From: Candidatus Latescibacterota bacterium
Lineage (GTDB): Bacteria > Latescibacterota > UBA2968 > UBA8231
Direction of reading: 5' to 3'
Assembly (NCBI GenBank): GCA_965223905.1
Contig: CBDCXV010000011.1
Span: 32,001 to 96,000, forward strand
DNA length: 64,000 bases
A model generated the notes under the pieces. It made no database searches and was not told the DNA's origin. It was given only the letters and a program-made list of their open reading frames with translations. Shown here piece by piece: positions 9,276-19,183 of the stretch (positions are counted from its first letter, which is position 1; each line of letters begins with the position of its first letter). The translations under genes and the position numbers were made by a program.

Positions 9276-12200
9276 TCAACGAAGCAGGGTGAGCTTGCGG
9301 GTCCACGCTCCTTCGGCCGTCACCAGCCGGTACACGTATACTCCGCTGGCCAGGGGGCGGCCCTGGTCACTCCGCCCGTCCCAAGTGAGGCGGTGGAGGC
9401 CGATCTTCTTTGCACCCTCGTGCAGCACCGCCACCCGCTGGCCGGTTAGGGCGAACACCTCCAGCTGCACCTCCCCGGGGTGCAGCTGGAACCAGGAGAT
9501 CACGGTGCGGCTGTTGAAGGGGTTGGGCGCGTTCTGCCGAAGCTGCGGTCCCTCGGGCAGGCCGATCCGCTCGCTGGCCATGGCCAGCAGCTTGGCGCGC
9601 GCCGCCTGCCCGAAGTGCTCGGCGAAGAGGAAGAAGTCGGGGAAGTCCACCGTGCCGCTGCCGTCCAGGTCGAAGCGGGGGTCGCTGCCGCCGAAAGCCT
9701 CGGCAAAGAGGAAGAAGTCGTCGAAACCCGTCACTCCGTCACCGTTGAAGTCGCTGATGGCCAGAGCCGTGACGGTGAAGATCTGCGGCTGCAGGCCAAT
9801 CACCCTCACCTCCACGGTGATGGTCCCACTCCCCGGCCCGATGGTCAGGGCGGTGGAGGCGCGGCCCCTGGCGTCGGTGGTGCCGGTAGAGACAGAAAGG
9901 GTCCCCTCCCCCTCGGTGACCGAAAAGGCCACCACGGCTCCGGGCAGGACCACCCCGTTCTGATCCAGAACTTGGACCACAAAGGGGTCCTGAACTTGAG
10001 TGCCCGACGGCGCCTCCTGGTTATCGCCCGAGAGCTTGGTCAGGACCTCAGCCATACGCGAGAACAAGACCGCAACACCCCTGGCTTCCAAGGCTGGTAG
10101 ATGGGTATTGACGGCTAGCGGATTCAGCGGATTGCCCTCGAGATTCAATTGCGTCAATTGCGTTGCAGACTCAAGACCGGTCAAATCCCGGATCTCCCGG
10201 TTGCTCACATTGAGTGTGGTCAAACGGGCTATGTCTGTTCTGGTGATAGGTCCGTATCCCGATTTGCCCAGTGTTTCTCGAATTGCCGCTTTGAGGTTGA
10301 AGTCGGCGATATGTACTACGGGTGTGACATAAGGCGACATATCCCACAAGACGATGGTGTAATCCCCCTTTCCATAATTGCCTAATGCCGTGGCGAAAGT
10401 TGTGCCATCAGGGGAAAATGACCCAGAAGAGGAAAACAGTTTCTCTCCGCTGGCCCCTTGAAATGCCGCGATTCTTTCGTATGTATTTGTATCCCAGTCT
10501 ATCCCCCAAAGTTTAATATCCCCCCCCTGTATCGCGGAGACAACTTTTTCGCCATCGGGGGTAAATGACACATAGCGCAGAATACTTTGTTTGCTTACTT
10601 CAAACGCATCCTTAAAGGTTTTTTTATCCACGTCCCAAAAAGCGAGTTTGTTATTAAAAGCACCCGAAATGAGGGTTTTTCCATCCGGTGAGAACGATAC
10701 AGAAGTAACCGTGTTCTCATAGGGAAGGTAGGCAATCTGGGTTTTTGTCGCCACATCCCATAGCCTGATTGTGCTATCAAAAGCACCTGAAGCAAGGGTT
10801 TTTCCATCCGGTGAAAACGACACGCTCTGGACACCATTACTATGGCCGCTAAGGGTGGCGATCTCGGTTTTTGTTGCCATGTCCCACAGCTTGATCGTGT
10901 GTGCTGGACTTGTCCAATCATCGGTCAACGCTGAGGCGAGGATCTTTCCATCGGGCGAAAAGGCCAAAGACATGATCCGCCCCTCATCACCGCCATGCTC
11001 GAAGGTGATGATCTCTGTTCTTGTTTCCACATCCCATAGCTTGATCGTGCCTTCCCATGTTCCCGTGGCGAGGATTGTGCCATCGGGAGAAAAGGCCACA
11101 GAGTAGACCCGGCGAAAATACCCCCGACCCTCATATCCTGAGAGTGTAGCGATATGTTCGCCTGTCTCTGCGTTCCACAGTTCAACGGTTTGATTCTCTG
11201 ACCCTGAGGCGAGGACTTTCCCATCGGGAGAAAAGGCCACCCCATAGGCACCATTTCTCTTTCCCCTGTCCAGGGAGATGACGAGTTTGTGGGTCGAATT
11301 GTGCAGCAGCGATAGGCCTATTTTGCCGATATTGCCGAGCATATCCACAACCTCGAACTCCATCCTGTGCGTAAGAAGGGTGGAGAGATTCGTATGGTCC
11401 CTGTCCGATGGAATAATGCCGTCATACTCGAAGTCAACAATCGCACTCGTCACACCCTCTAATAGACGACCTGTCTTCAATTCGGGAGAGCCTGCGGAAA
11501 AGTGGGTTTCTGGTGTTGTAACAAATAGAGATACTTGCTGAAGACCGTCAGGGTGGCTGAGTTCAAGTTGAATAGGGACGCTTGTCGCTCCTGTCCGATA
11601 TGAACGCGACGAAAGAACCTGACCCGTTGGCAACTCGCTCTCAGAAAGCGTCTCCGTTGGACTATCAGGATTGAAATGGGGGTGTACGGCCAGATGCCCG
11701 GCGCTGAGCTCGGATAGCCTGCTTCGCCCGGGGCCATAGGACATGATGTACTCCCCATCGTTGAAATTGTGCCACAATCCGAAAGCGTGTCCCAGTTCAT
11801 GGGCGGCCCTGGCCACGAAATTGGGGTCGATATATTGTCTCAACATCGCCCATCCACCGGTTCTGGTGGATTGCAGTCCCAGCCCCAAGACATTCCGCAA
11901 TTGAATGTCTTCCTCGTTGCCAAGGACGATGAAGTAAACGTTCGTGTCGAAATCGAATTCCTGTTGAATACGTTCAAGGGCACCCCAATGGTCGTAAGTG
12001 CCTCCGGCACCATATGCGATATGAACCATGGGTTCATTTTGTGCATCCCTCTCAAAACGGAAGGTTCTCTCTCCGAATCCGTGCGCCCTGATCTGGTCGG
12101 CAAAAATACGCTGCACCTCCCGAATCGTAGATTTCATCTTATCAACTACTTCTTGCCTGAACGCCTGCGGATCGGATACGAAGTAGATCATTCGCACGGT

Positions 12201-12310
12201 GCGCGGCTCTCCCGCATTCAACAGGGCCGGCTTGGCCGCGGGGCGTTGCAGATGGCGGTCAAGCCTCTCCGAATCGACAGGCAGGCAGAAACCCGTGTCC
12301 TCGGCCGAGG
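9276..12310 (-). pseudogene. Secreted metzincin-like peptidase / WD40 / LRR / Ig-like / dockerin / FlgD-Ig protein, main body (separated from its signal peptide by an IS)
   Basis: HELGHAFGLWH plus Met-turn (YIMSYG); about 7 WD40 repeats (VAFSPDG..LASG...IKLWD); internalin-like LRR; DFNGDGVTGFDDFFLFA; C-terminal QNAPNPFNS...SGVYVYRL. Confidence 0.85.
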
Positions 12311-13885
12311 GGGCGTCTTAAGTAATTGTTATAGCGCAATTCAGGTGCGTATGTGTATATTTTACAGTAAGTTGCTTTCTTTTTCCGCATCCCCTGCGGC
12401 GCGCTCCCCTGATTTCAGAAAGAAGGGGAGCGATGAGTGCGATTCTCTCTCTGGAAGTTTTTCAGGAGCGGCAGAGTCAGGACCGCTTTCGAAGCCGGGC
12501 GCATGAAGCCTTGGACCAATGGCTGGATCGGGTGGAGACGCAAATGAGCGAGCGCGGATCTTGTGCGCCGACGTTGATGGAGATCACCGCGGCGATGTCT
12601 CAAGAGCGCTCCGGGCTCACCGCGGCCTTGGTGGAAGCCTTCGTCGAACGCCGCCACGGCCATTTCCTGGCCCAGGAAGAGGCGGCCTGCCCCAAGTGCA
12701 AAGGCCTGCTGCGAGCGCGCCCGTCTCGCTCGCGCACGGTGGAGACGCTGCTCGGGCCGGTGACCTTGGAGCGTCCCTATTTCTACTGCGTTGGCTGTCA
12801 CCACGGGTTCTATCCGCTGGACGAGGCCCTGGGCCTGTCGGCGCAGCGCAAGCAGTGGGACGTGCAGCAGGCCGGGGTCAAGCTGGGGCTGGAGATGCCC
12901 CACCGGCGCGCCGCCGAACTGTTGGACGAGCTCACCGACGCGTCGATGAGCGATTGTGTGATTCACGAGGTGCTGCAACAGACCGGGTCGTTGGACGTGC
13001 TGCAGGTGTGTCCGGACGCGGCCGATATCCAGGATCGCATTGCGCAAGCCGCCGCCGGTCGCAAGTGGCGGCCGATCGTGGTGTTGGCCATCGACGCGGC
13101 CGACGTGCCCAGTCGTCCCCAGACCGCCAAAGGCACCCGTCCCGGACGCAAGAAGAGCCGGGCTCGGCGAAGGCGTTGGCAGGGGGAATACCACGAAGCC
13201 AAGGGCTTTCGCTTCTACCTGATAGACGATGAGCGCATCGAGCAGCTGATCTCCTGGCACCAGATGGGCAACGAACAGGCCTTCGGCGCGGCCTTGCGCC
13301 AGGTCAAGGAGGCGGGGCTGATCCCGGAGGATCAGGTGCGCTTGTGTGCCATCGGAGATGGCGCTCCGTGGATCTGGAAGTGGGTGGAAGAGCTGTTCCC
13401 GAGCGCCCGTCAGATCCTCGACTACTACCATTGCAGCAGCTACCTGCACGCGGTGGCCGAGGCCCAATACGGCGCCGATGCGGCGCGTGCTGCCCATTGG
13501 CTGGAAGCGACCCTGGCGCGCCTGTTCTGCGGCGAGGGCAGCGGCGTGGTCTGGGGTCTGCAGCGCATGCAGCCGCTCTCGGAAGAGGCCGGAGAGGCCA
13601 TCGGCACGGCCTTGACCTACCTGCAAAAGCGACTGCACCAGGTCGATTTCGGCAGCCATCGCAAGGGCGGATACCCGATCGGGTCGGGGGCGATCGAATC
13701 GGCGCATCGCTTCATCGGCCACGTTCGTCTGAAACGGTCGGGCGCTTGGTGGTATAAGGAAAACAGCAACGCCATTCTGGCCCTGCGCTGCGCCTTGTAC
13801 AATGGAACGCTTGACCGGGTCTTTCAGCAGTACCGAGAAAACCTAAAAACAACCACCGAAACCGTAACAATCAGCTAAGACACCC
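12311..13885 (+). mobile_element. Complete ISKra4/ISLre2-like (Mutator-related) IS with 8-bp target site duplication
   Basis: Imperfect terminal IRs GGGCGTCTTAAGTAATTGTTA / GGGTGTCTTAGCTGATTGTTA; TSD GGCCGAGG at 12303-12310 and 13886-13893. Confidence 0.9.
12433..13878 (+). CDS. ISKra4/UPF0236-type DDE transposase
   Basis: CPKC zinc motif, AIDA, IGDGAPWIW, LDYYH and PIGSGAIESAHR motifs. Confidence 0.9.
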   Translation: MSAILSLEVFQERQSQDRFRSRAHEALDQWLDRVETQMSERGSCAPTLMEITAAMSQERSGLTAALVEAFVERRHGHFLAQEEAACPKCKGLLRARPSRSRTVETLLGPVTLERPYFYCVGCHHGFYPLDEALGLSAQRKQWDVQQAGVKLGLEMPHRRAAELLDELTDASMSDCVIHEVLQQTGSLDVLQVCPDAADIQDRIAQAAAGRKWRPIVVLAIDAADVPSRPQTAKGTRPGRKKSRARRRRWQGEYHEAKGFRFYLIDDERIEQLISWHQMGNEQAFGAALRQVKEAGLIPEDQVRLCAIGDGAPWIWKWVEELFPSARQILDYYHCSSYLHAVAEAQYGADAARAAHWLEATLARLFCGEGSGVVWGLQRMQPLSEEAGEAIGTALTYLQKRLHQVDFGSHRKGGYPIGSGAIESAHRFIGHVRLKRSGAWWYKENSNAILALRCALYNGTLDRVFQQYRENLKTTTETVTIS

Positions 13886-13960
13886 GGCCGAGGAGGACGC
13901 GGGATGGCCCATGGACGAGAGAACAACGGATAGAAATAGAATGGGAGTGAAGTTCCTCAT
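13886..13960 (-). pseudogene. N-terminal signal peptide of the IS-split secreted peptidase
   Basis: MRNFTPILFLSVVLSSMGHPASSSA; joins 9276-12302 in frame once the IS and one TSD copy are removed. Confidence 0.85.
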
Positions 13961-14355
13961 CCTCAGTCTCCTTCGTCTATGAGAGACCCGACACTTCGAG
14001 GGTCTCCACGCAGTAGAGTGACAGGGGAGAAAATAGGCTATATCCGGGTTTTCCAAAGGACAATTTATAGCATGTACAGAGAGAGATATCGAGTGATTCA
14101 CACTGTACGGAATCGAAATACCGCGGAGGACGTTCGCCGAAGACCTTCGGGTCCGGCTGCCTCTCTGTCTTGTCCGCCCGCCCGGAGCTCGGGCCCATAC
14201 CGGCTCTGGACAGGGCGTTTCGAACAACAGGCGCTTCGAGTTGCTTTGGGAAACGGACCATCCCGTCGAAGAAGCGCGCGCACGCCGGCTTCTCGGCGAA
14301 ATAACGGATCGGGACAACCCCTTCGAACCTTTCGATCGGGCCGCCAGGGGCTTGC

Positions 14356-15954
14356 TTGAAGCCTTCGCGGGATGGGCGGGTCCAAGCACTGACGGCGGTT
14401 TCAGGGCTGACCACGGTGGTCAGTCTGTCCTCGCTGCCGGAGCGTCCGGAATACCCGGTCGACCTCTCTTCCGGGACCGGCGAAGCCGGCAGAACGACCA
14501 GCCAGAACCCTCTGCTCGGCTTCACATTGGCACAGCGGCTGTGGAAGGTGCTGGCTGCTCCTTTGGAGTATGGCCGGGACATTCGGCTGAGCTGGCCCGG
14601 AGAATTGATGCCTTTCCAGCGAGAGGGGGTTCGGGCGCTGCTGGCCAACAACCGGTTGCTGCTGGCCGACGACATGGGTCTGGGAAAAACCCTGCAAGTC
14701 ATCGCCGCATTGCGGATTCTCCGGGCGCGCCGGGAGGTCAGGTCGTGCCTGGTGGCGGCCCCGGCCAGTCTATTGAACCAGTGGCGGCGAGAGATCGAAA
14801 AGTGGGCTCCGGAGCTTTCCGCCATCATCATCCGCGGTCCGACATCCGACCGTTCATGGCAGTGGGAGGCGGACAGAGACGTGACCCTGGTCAGTTACGA
14901 CACCCTGCGCTCTGATTTCGGAGACAACCCGCGATCCCCAGTGCGTCGAAAAACCTGGGACGTCGTAGTGGCGGACGAAGCCCAGCGTATCAAGAACCGC
15001 AACGATACAAGCGACGCGTTGAAGGGGTTGCGAAGAATTCGCTCCTGGGCCCTGACCGGCACCCCCATCGAAAACCACGAAGAAGAACTGGCCTCGATAC
15101 TGGAGTTCGTCGATTACGACGGTTGCGAAGCTCCGAAGCGCTACCGGCCGGGTGAGAAGCTACTGGCTCGGCACCGCGAGCTGCAGCTCAGACGCAAGAA
15201 GGGCGAAGTCCTGGACGACCTCCCGCCCAAGCAGGTAAGCAGGGTGGCCATCGACCTGAGCTCGGGGCAGCGCACCAGCTACGACAAGGCCGAGCAGGAT
15301 GGAATCGTCTACCTGAAGTCTCTTGGCGCCGAAGTCAGTGTCAGGCACGTACTCGAGCTGATCACTCGCTTGAAGCAGATCTGCAACGTCGATCCCAGAT
15401 CCGGCGAATCCAGCAAACTGGCCGACATCAAGGACCGGCTGGAGCAGCTGGCGGCCCAGGGACACAAGGCGCTGGTCTTCTCCCAGTACACCAGCGAAAC
15501 GTCCGGTGTGGCCGCCGCGGCCGGATACCTGGGGGATTTCACTCCGCTCACCATCACCGGCGACGTATCCCAGCAGGAGCGGGCCGACGTCATCGAACGA
15601 TTCAAGACCCGCGACGAACACAAGGTGCTGATCCTGTCGCTGCGCGCCGGCGGCCTGGGCTTGAATCTGCAAGAGGCTTCCTACGTGTTCCACCTGGACC
15701 GCTGGTGGAACCCCGCCGTAGAGCGCCAGGCTGAAGACCGTAGCCACCGCATCGGCCAGACGGTCAAAGTCAACGTCATCAAGTATTCCTGCGCCGGAAC
15801 CATCGAGGAACGGATCGACGGGATTCTGGAGAGCAAACAGGAACTGTTCGACCAGCTCATCGACGATGTGTCGTTGGACCTGACTGCCCGGATGAACAGG
15901 GAAGAACTGTTCGGCCTGTTCGGCATGGAGCCGGCACCCGAACGAAAGCCCTAG
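14356..15954 (+). CDS. SNF2-family helicase/ATPase (start uncertain)
   Basis: LADDMGLGKT, DEAQRIKN, ALTGTPIEN, GGLGLNL and DRWWNPAVERQAEDRSHRIGQ motifs. Confidence 0.9.
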   Translation: MKPSRDGRVQALTAVSGLTTVVSLSSLPERPEYPVDLSSGTGEAGRTTSQNPLLGFTLAQRLWKVLAAPLEYGRDIRLSWPGELMPFQREGVRALLANNRLLLADDMGLGKTLQVIAALRILRARREVRSCLVAAPASLLNQWRREIEKWAPELSAIIIRGPTSDRSWQWEADRDVTLVSYDTLRSDFGDNPRSPVRRKTWDVVVADEAQRIKNRNDTSDALKGLRRIRSWALTGTPIENHEEELASILEFVDYDGCEAPKRYRPGEKLLARHRELQLRRKKGEVLDDLPPKQVSRVAIDLSSGQRTSYDKAEQDGIVYLKSLGAEVSVRHVLELITRLKQICNVDPRSGESSKLADIKDRLEQLAAQGHKALVFSQYTSETSGVAAAAGYLGDFTPLTITGDVSQQERADVIERFKTRDEHKVLILSLRAGGLGLNLQEASYVFHLDRWWNPAVERQAEDRSHRIGQTVKVNVIKYSCAGTIEERIDGILESKQELFDQLIDDVSLDLTARMNREELFGLFGMEPAPERKP

Positions 15955-15981
15955 TGGATGCGGCGCCCCCGGAGGGATGAT

Positions 15982-16095
15982 ATGCTTGAACGACTGTTCG
16001 TCGACAATTACAAGTGCCTGGTCAACTTCGAGTTGCGTCTCGAAGAGATGTCGCTTCTCCTCGGCCCCGACGGACCGGAAAGTCCGCGGTTTTCA
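15982..16095 (+). pseudogene. AAA_21/AAA_15-type ATPase N-terminal fragment
   Basis: MLERLFVDNYKCLVNFEL...LLLGPDG / TGKSAVF: Walker A split by a frameshift, then similarity ends. Confidence 0.6.
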
Positions 16096-16300
16096 ATCCC
16101 AAGCTCTCCCGCTTTCGTCGACTTTCTCGCCAACTTGACGGTTTGCGCAGGACAACCCCGAGTTGATATCGCCGTTCACCGAGCGGTTGAAGGAAACTAT
16201 CCATGGTGGGCTCGGTTCAATACGCCTGGAGAAGGTCGGCAGGGAAACCCGGGATTTGCAGTGGAATGGAAGGGATCGCGCCGCGGCGAGGACCAGCCCA

Positions 16301-19180
16301 CTATTCCCTTTCCTGCAGGCGCCCAAGCGCCCTCCGTGCCAGCTCCAGCGTCGAATCCTCCTGCACCGCCTTCTGCAACGCGGCGACTGCCTCTTCCCGG
16401 CGGCCCTGCTCTGCATAGGCCATGCCCAGATTCAGGTGGGCCCGCGCCAGGTCCGGGCGCAGGCGCACCACCCTTTCGAAGGTGGCGATCGCCCGCGCCA
16501 AGCGCCCCGCCTGATGCTGGGCGAGCCCCATGTCGTTGAGGGCCGTGACGAGACCTGCGTCGGCGGCGTACGCCCGCCCGTACGCGGCGATGGCGCGGTC
16601 CAGCTTGCCCTGACCGTGCAAGGCCCCGGCCAGGGCGTAGTGGGCTTTGGCGAACTCCGGTTTCAGCGCCACCGCCCGCTCGAACGCCGCCGCGGCCTCG
16701 GCGCCGCGGCCCTGCAGCAGGTATTCCCGCCCGACGCGGAACTGCAGCTCGGCATCGTCCGGAGTGACCCTGAGCACCTTCCGGAAGCGGTTGATGCGGT
16801 CCTGTACCGGCCGCAGGCGCGCGAACAGCTGCTGTTCCCGGCGCGCGGCCTGCGGCTGGTCCAGGGCTTCGTACAGGCGGGCGAGATGCTCGTGCGGCGT
16901 CGGGGCCCAGGGAGCCAGGCCCGCGGCGGCCTGAAAGGCATTGATCGCGGAGCGACGACTTCCCGTGCGCAGGTAGGCGAGGCCCAGCCGGTTGCGAATC
17001 TCCCATGCCCTCGGCGCCAGCGCGGCTGCTTTTTCGAGAGCGGCGACAGCGCGTTCCGGTTGATCGAAGCTCAGCCGAACCGCTCCAAGCAGGTGAAAGA
17101 TGGGTGCACGGGTCGAGTCCTTCGACACCGCCTCTTCCAGGACGCGGGCCGCCTTCCGGATCCGTCCCAAGCGCTTGAACAGGGTGACGGCGAGAGAGTA
17201 ATAGGCCTCCATGTGGTGCGGCTCCCGTTTGATCACCTCCCGGAATAGCCGCTCGGCCTCCTCGTGGCGGACCTCTTCGTGCCGTTCGACCCCCATCAGG
17301 TAGATCTCCCGGGCCGTGGCCTGCGCTGGAAGCGCGGCCAGACCGGACGTCTCGTCACCGGCCGGATCTGCCATCTTTTCCCCTGCGGGAGATTTCGTCT
17401 GACCAGGTACCGCCGCCGGTAACGCGGTCGCGACCGCGTATGAGGCGACCGGCTCGTCCTCTCCTTCCCTGAGCTTCAGGTACCGTCCGCTTTCCGGCTT
17501 CTCGAGAACCTGTACCCGGCCGGAAGGCCAGAGGATCTCCACCCGGTCCACCTCTTCCCGGGACCCGAGTCCGAACAGCAGCCGGTGGTCGTGTGCCGAC
17601 TGATAGCCGTAGCTCCGCCGCACCTCCCGGGTCCGGGTTCGCCCGCCGGCGCTCAGGAGCACGCGGGCGCCGATACCGTCGCGGTTGCTGGATGTTCCCT
17701 CCAATTCCAGGCCCAGCCAGTTGTTCCTGTTGCCCCCGTCGTTGCGCAGGAGGGTGGGCGCGTCGTTGAGATTCACCACGGCGATGTCCCGGTCGCCGTC
17801 GTTGTCGTAGTCGCCGAAAGCGGCGCCGCGGCTGACCTTTTCCACGTCCAGGCCGCTGCCGGCGTCAGCCGCCGGCGCGAACCTGCCCCGGTGATTCCAG
17901 TAGAGGAGGTTGCGCTGCCTGTAGCGCAGCGTGGTCGACTGGATCTCCAGCTGCGGGTAGAGGTGGCCATTGGCGACGAACAGGTCCTGCCAGCCGTCGT
18001 TGTCCGCGTCCAGGAAGGCCGTGCTCCAACCCACGAAAGGCCGCACCGGACCGTCCAGGCCGGCCGCGGCCGTCGCGTCGGCGAACATTCCCTTCCCGTC
18101 GTTCCGGTACAGGGTGTTAACGTCCGCGGAGAAATTGGTCACGTAGAAGTCCTGGTCGCCGTCGCCGTCGTAGTCCCCGAAGTCCACGCCCATGCCCGCC
18201 TGGGCCTTGCCGTCGGCGTTGTACGCCACCCCGGAAATCGCACCGACCTCGCGCAACTGCCAGTCGCTGTCGTTGCGCCAGAGCAGATTGGCCTGCTGGT
18301 CGTTGGCCACATAGATGTCCTGGTCTCCATCGTCGTCGTAGTCGCAGAACGCGACCCCCAGCCCGGCGAGTGCTTTGCCGGCTACCCCGGTGGCCGCGCT
18401 CACGTCTTCGAAGACGCCGCCGCCGCCGTTGCGGTAGAGCAGATCGGCCTGGGACCTCAACCCGATGGGCCCGCAGGCACCTTCTATTCCCCGGTAGGCC
18501 AGGCAGGGCTGGCCGTCGTTCGGGGGAGCTTCCAGGTCGAACTCCAGGTAGTTGGCGACGTAGAGGTCGAGCCGGCCGTCCGCGTCCAGATCGCCGAAGG
18601 CGGCGCTGGCGCCCCAGCCGTCGTCGCCGACCCCGGAGCGCGCCGTCACATCGGTGAAGCCTCCGTCGCCGTCGTTCCGGTAGAGGAGGTTCGGCCCCCA
18701 GTAGGTGACGTAGAGGTCCACGTCGCCGTCGTTGTCGTGGTCGGCCGCGGCGCATCCCATGCCCCAGCCCGACCCACCCACGCCGGCGCGCGCGGTGACG
18801 TCGGTGAAGAGTCGCCGGCCGGAGGACCCCGGGACGTTGCGGTAGAGGCGGCTGATGGCGGTTGGGGCCTCCTCCTCGACGCGCGTGCCGTTGACGAGGT
18901 AGAGGTCGAGGTAACCGTCGGCGTCGTAGTCGAAGAAAGCGGCTCCCCCGCTCATCGTCTCGAGAATGAACCGCTGCCCGGCATCGCCGGAGACGTGTGC
19001 GAAGTCCAGGCCCGAAGCCGCGGTCACGTCGGCGAAACGCACCTCCGCCCCCGGCTGGTGGCCGGGCTGCGGAGGGAGGCCGGATGGTGCGGTTTGCGGT
19101 GCCGGGGGAGCGGTATCCTGGTCCTCGGACGGAGCACAGGCAATCCCGCACGTCAGGACCAGTACCATCACCCGGTGCAT
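16301..19180 (-). CDS. CRTAC1-family (FG-GAP/VCBS, ASPIC/UnbV) lipoprotein with C-terminal TPRs
   Basis: Lipobox-like GIAC; many DYDxDGDxD repeats; SNRDGIGARV...RLLFGLG ASPIC domain; TPR helices. Confidence 0.9.
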   Translation of the reverse strand: MHRVMVLVLTCGIACAPSEDQDTAPPAPQTAPSGLPPQPGHQPGAEVRFADVTAASGLDFAHVSGDAGQRFILETMSGGAAFFDYDADGYLDLYLVNGTRVEEEAPTAISRLYRNVPGSSGRRLFTDVTARAGVGGSGWGMGCAAADHDNDGDVDLYVTYWGPNLLYRNDGDGGFTDVTARSGVGDDGWGASAAFGDLDADGRLDLYVANYLEFDLEAPPNDGQPCLAYRGIEGACGPIGLRSQADLLYRNGGGGVFEDVSAATGVAGKALAGLGVAFCDYDDDGDQDIYVANDQQANLLWRNDSDWQLREVGAISGVAYNADGKAQAGMGVDFGDYDGDGDQDFYVTNFSADVNTLYRNDGKGMFADATAAAGLDGPVRPFVGWSTAFLDADNDGWQDLFVANGHLYPQLEIQSTTLRYRQRNLLYWNHRGRFAPAADAGSGLDVEKVSRGAAFGDYDNDGDRDIAVVNLNDAPTLLRNDGGNRNNWLGLELEGTSSNRDGIGARVLLSAGGRTRTREVRRSYGYQSAHDHRLLFGLGSREEVDRVEILWPSGRVQVLEKPESGRYLKLREGEDEPVASYAVATALPAAVPGQTKSPAGEKMADPAGDETSGLAALPAQATAREIYLMGVERHEEVRHEEAERLFREVIKREPHHMEAYYSLAVTLFKRLGRIRKAARVLEEAVSKDSTRAPIFHLLGAVRLSFDQPERAVAALEKAAALAPRAWEIRNRLGLAYLRTGSRRSAINAFQAAAGLAPWAPTPHEHLARLYEALDQPQAARREQQLFARLRPVQDRINRFRKVLRVTPDDAELQFRVGREYLLQGRGAEAAAAFERAVALKPEFAKAHYALAGALHGQGKLDRAIAAYGRAYAADAGLVTALNDMGLAQHQAGRLARAIATFERVVRLRPDLARAHLNLGMAYAEQGRREEAVAALQKAVQEDSTLELARRALGRLQERE

Positions 19181-19183
19181 GCG

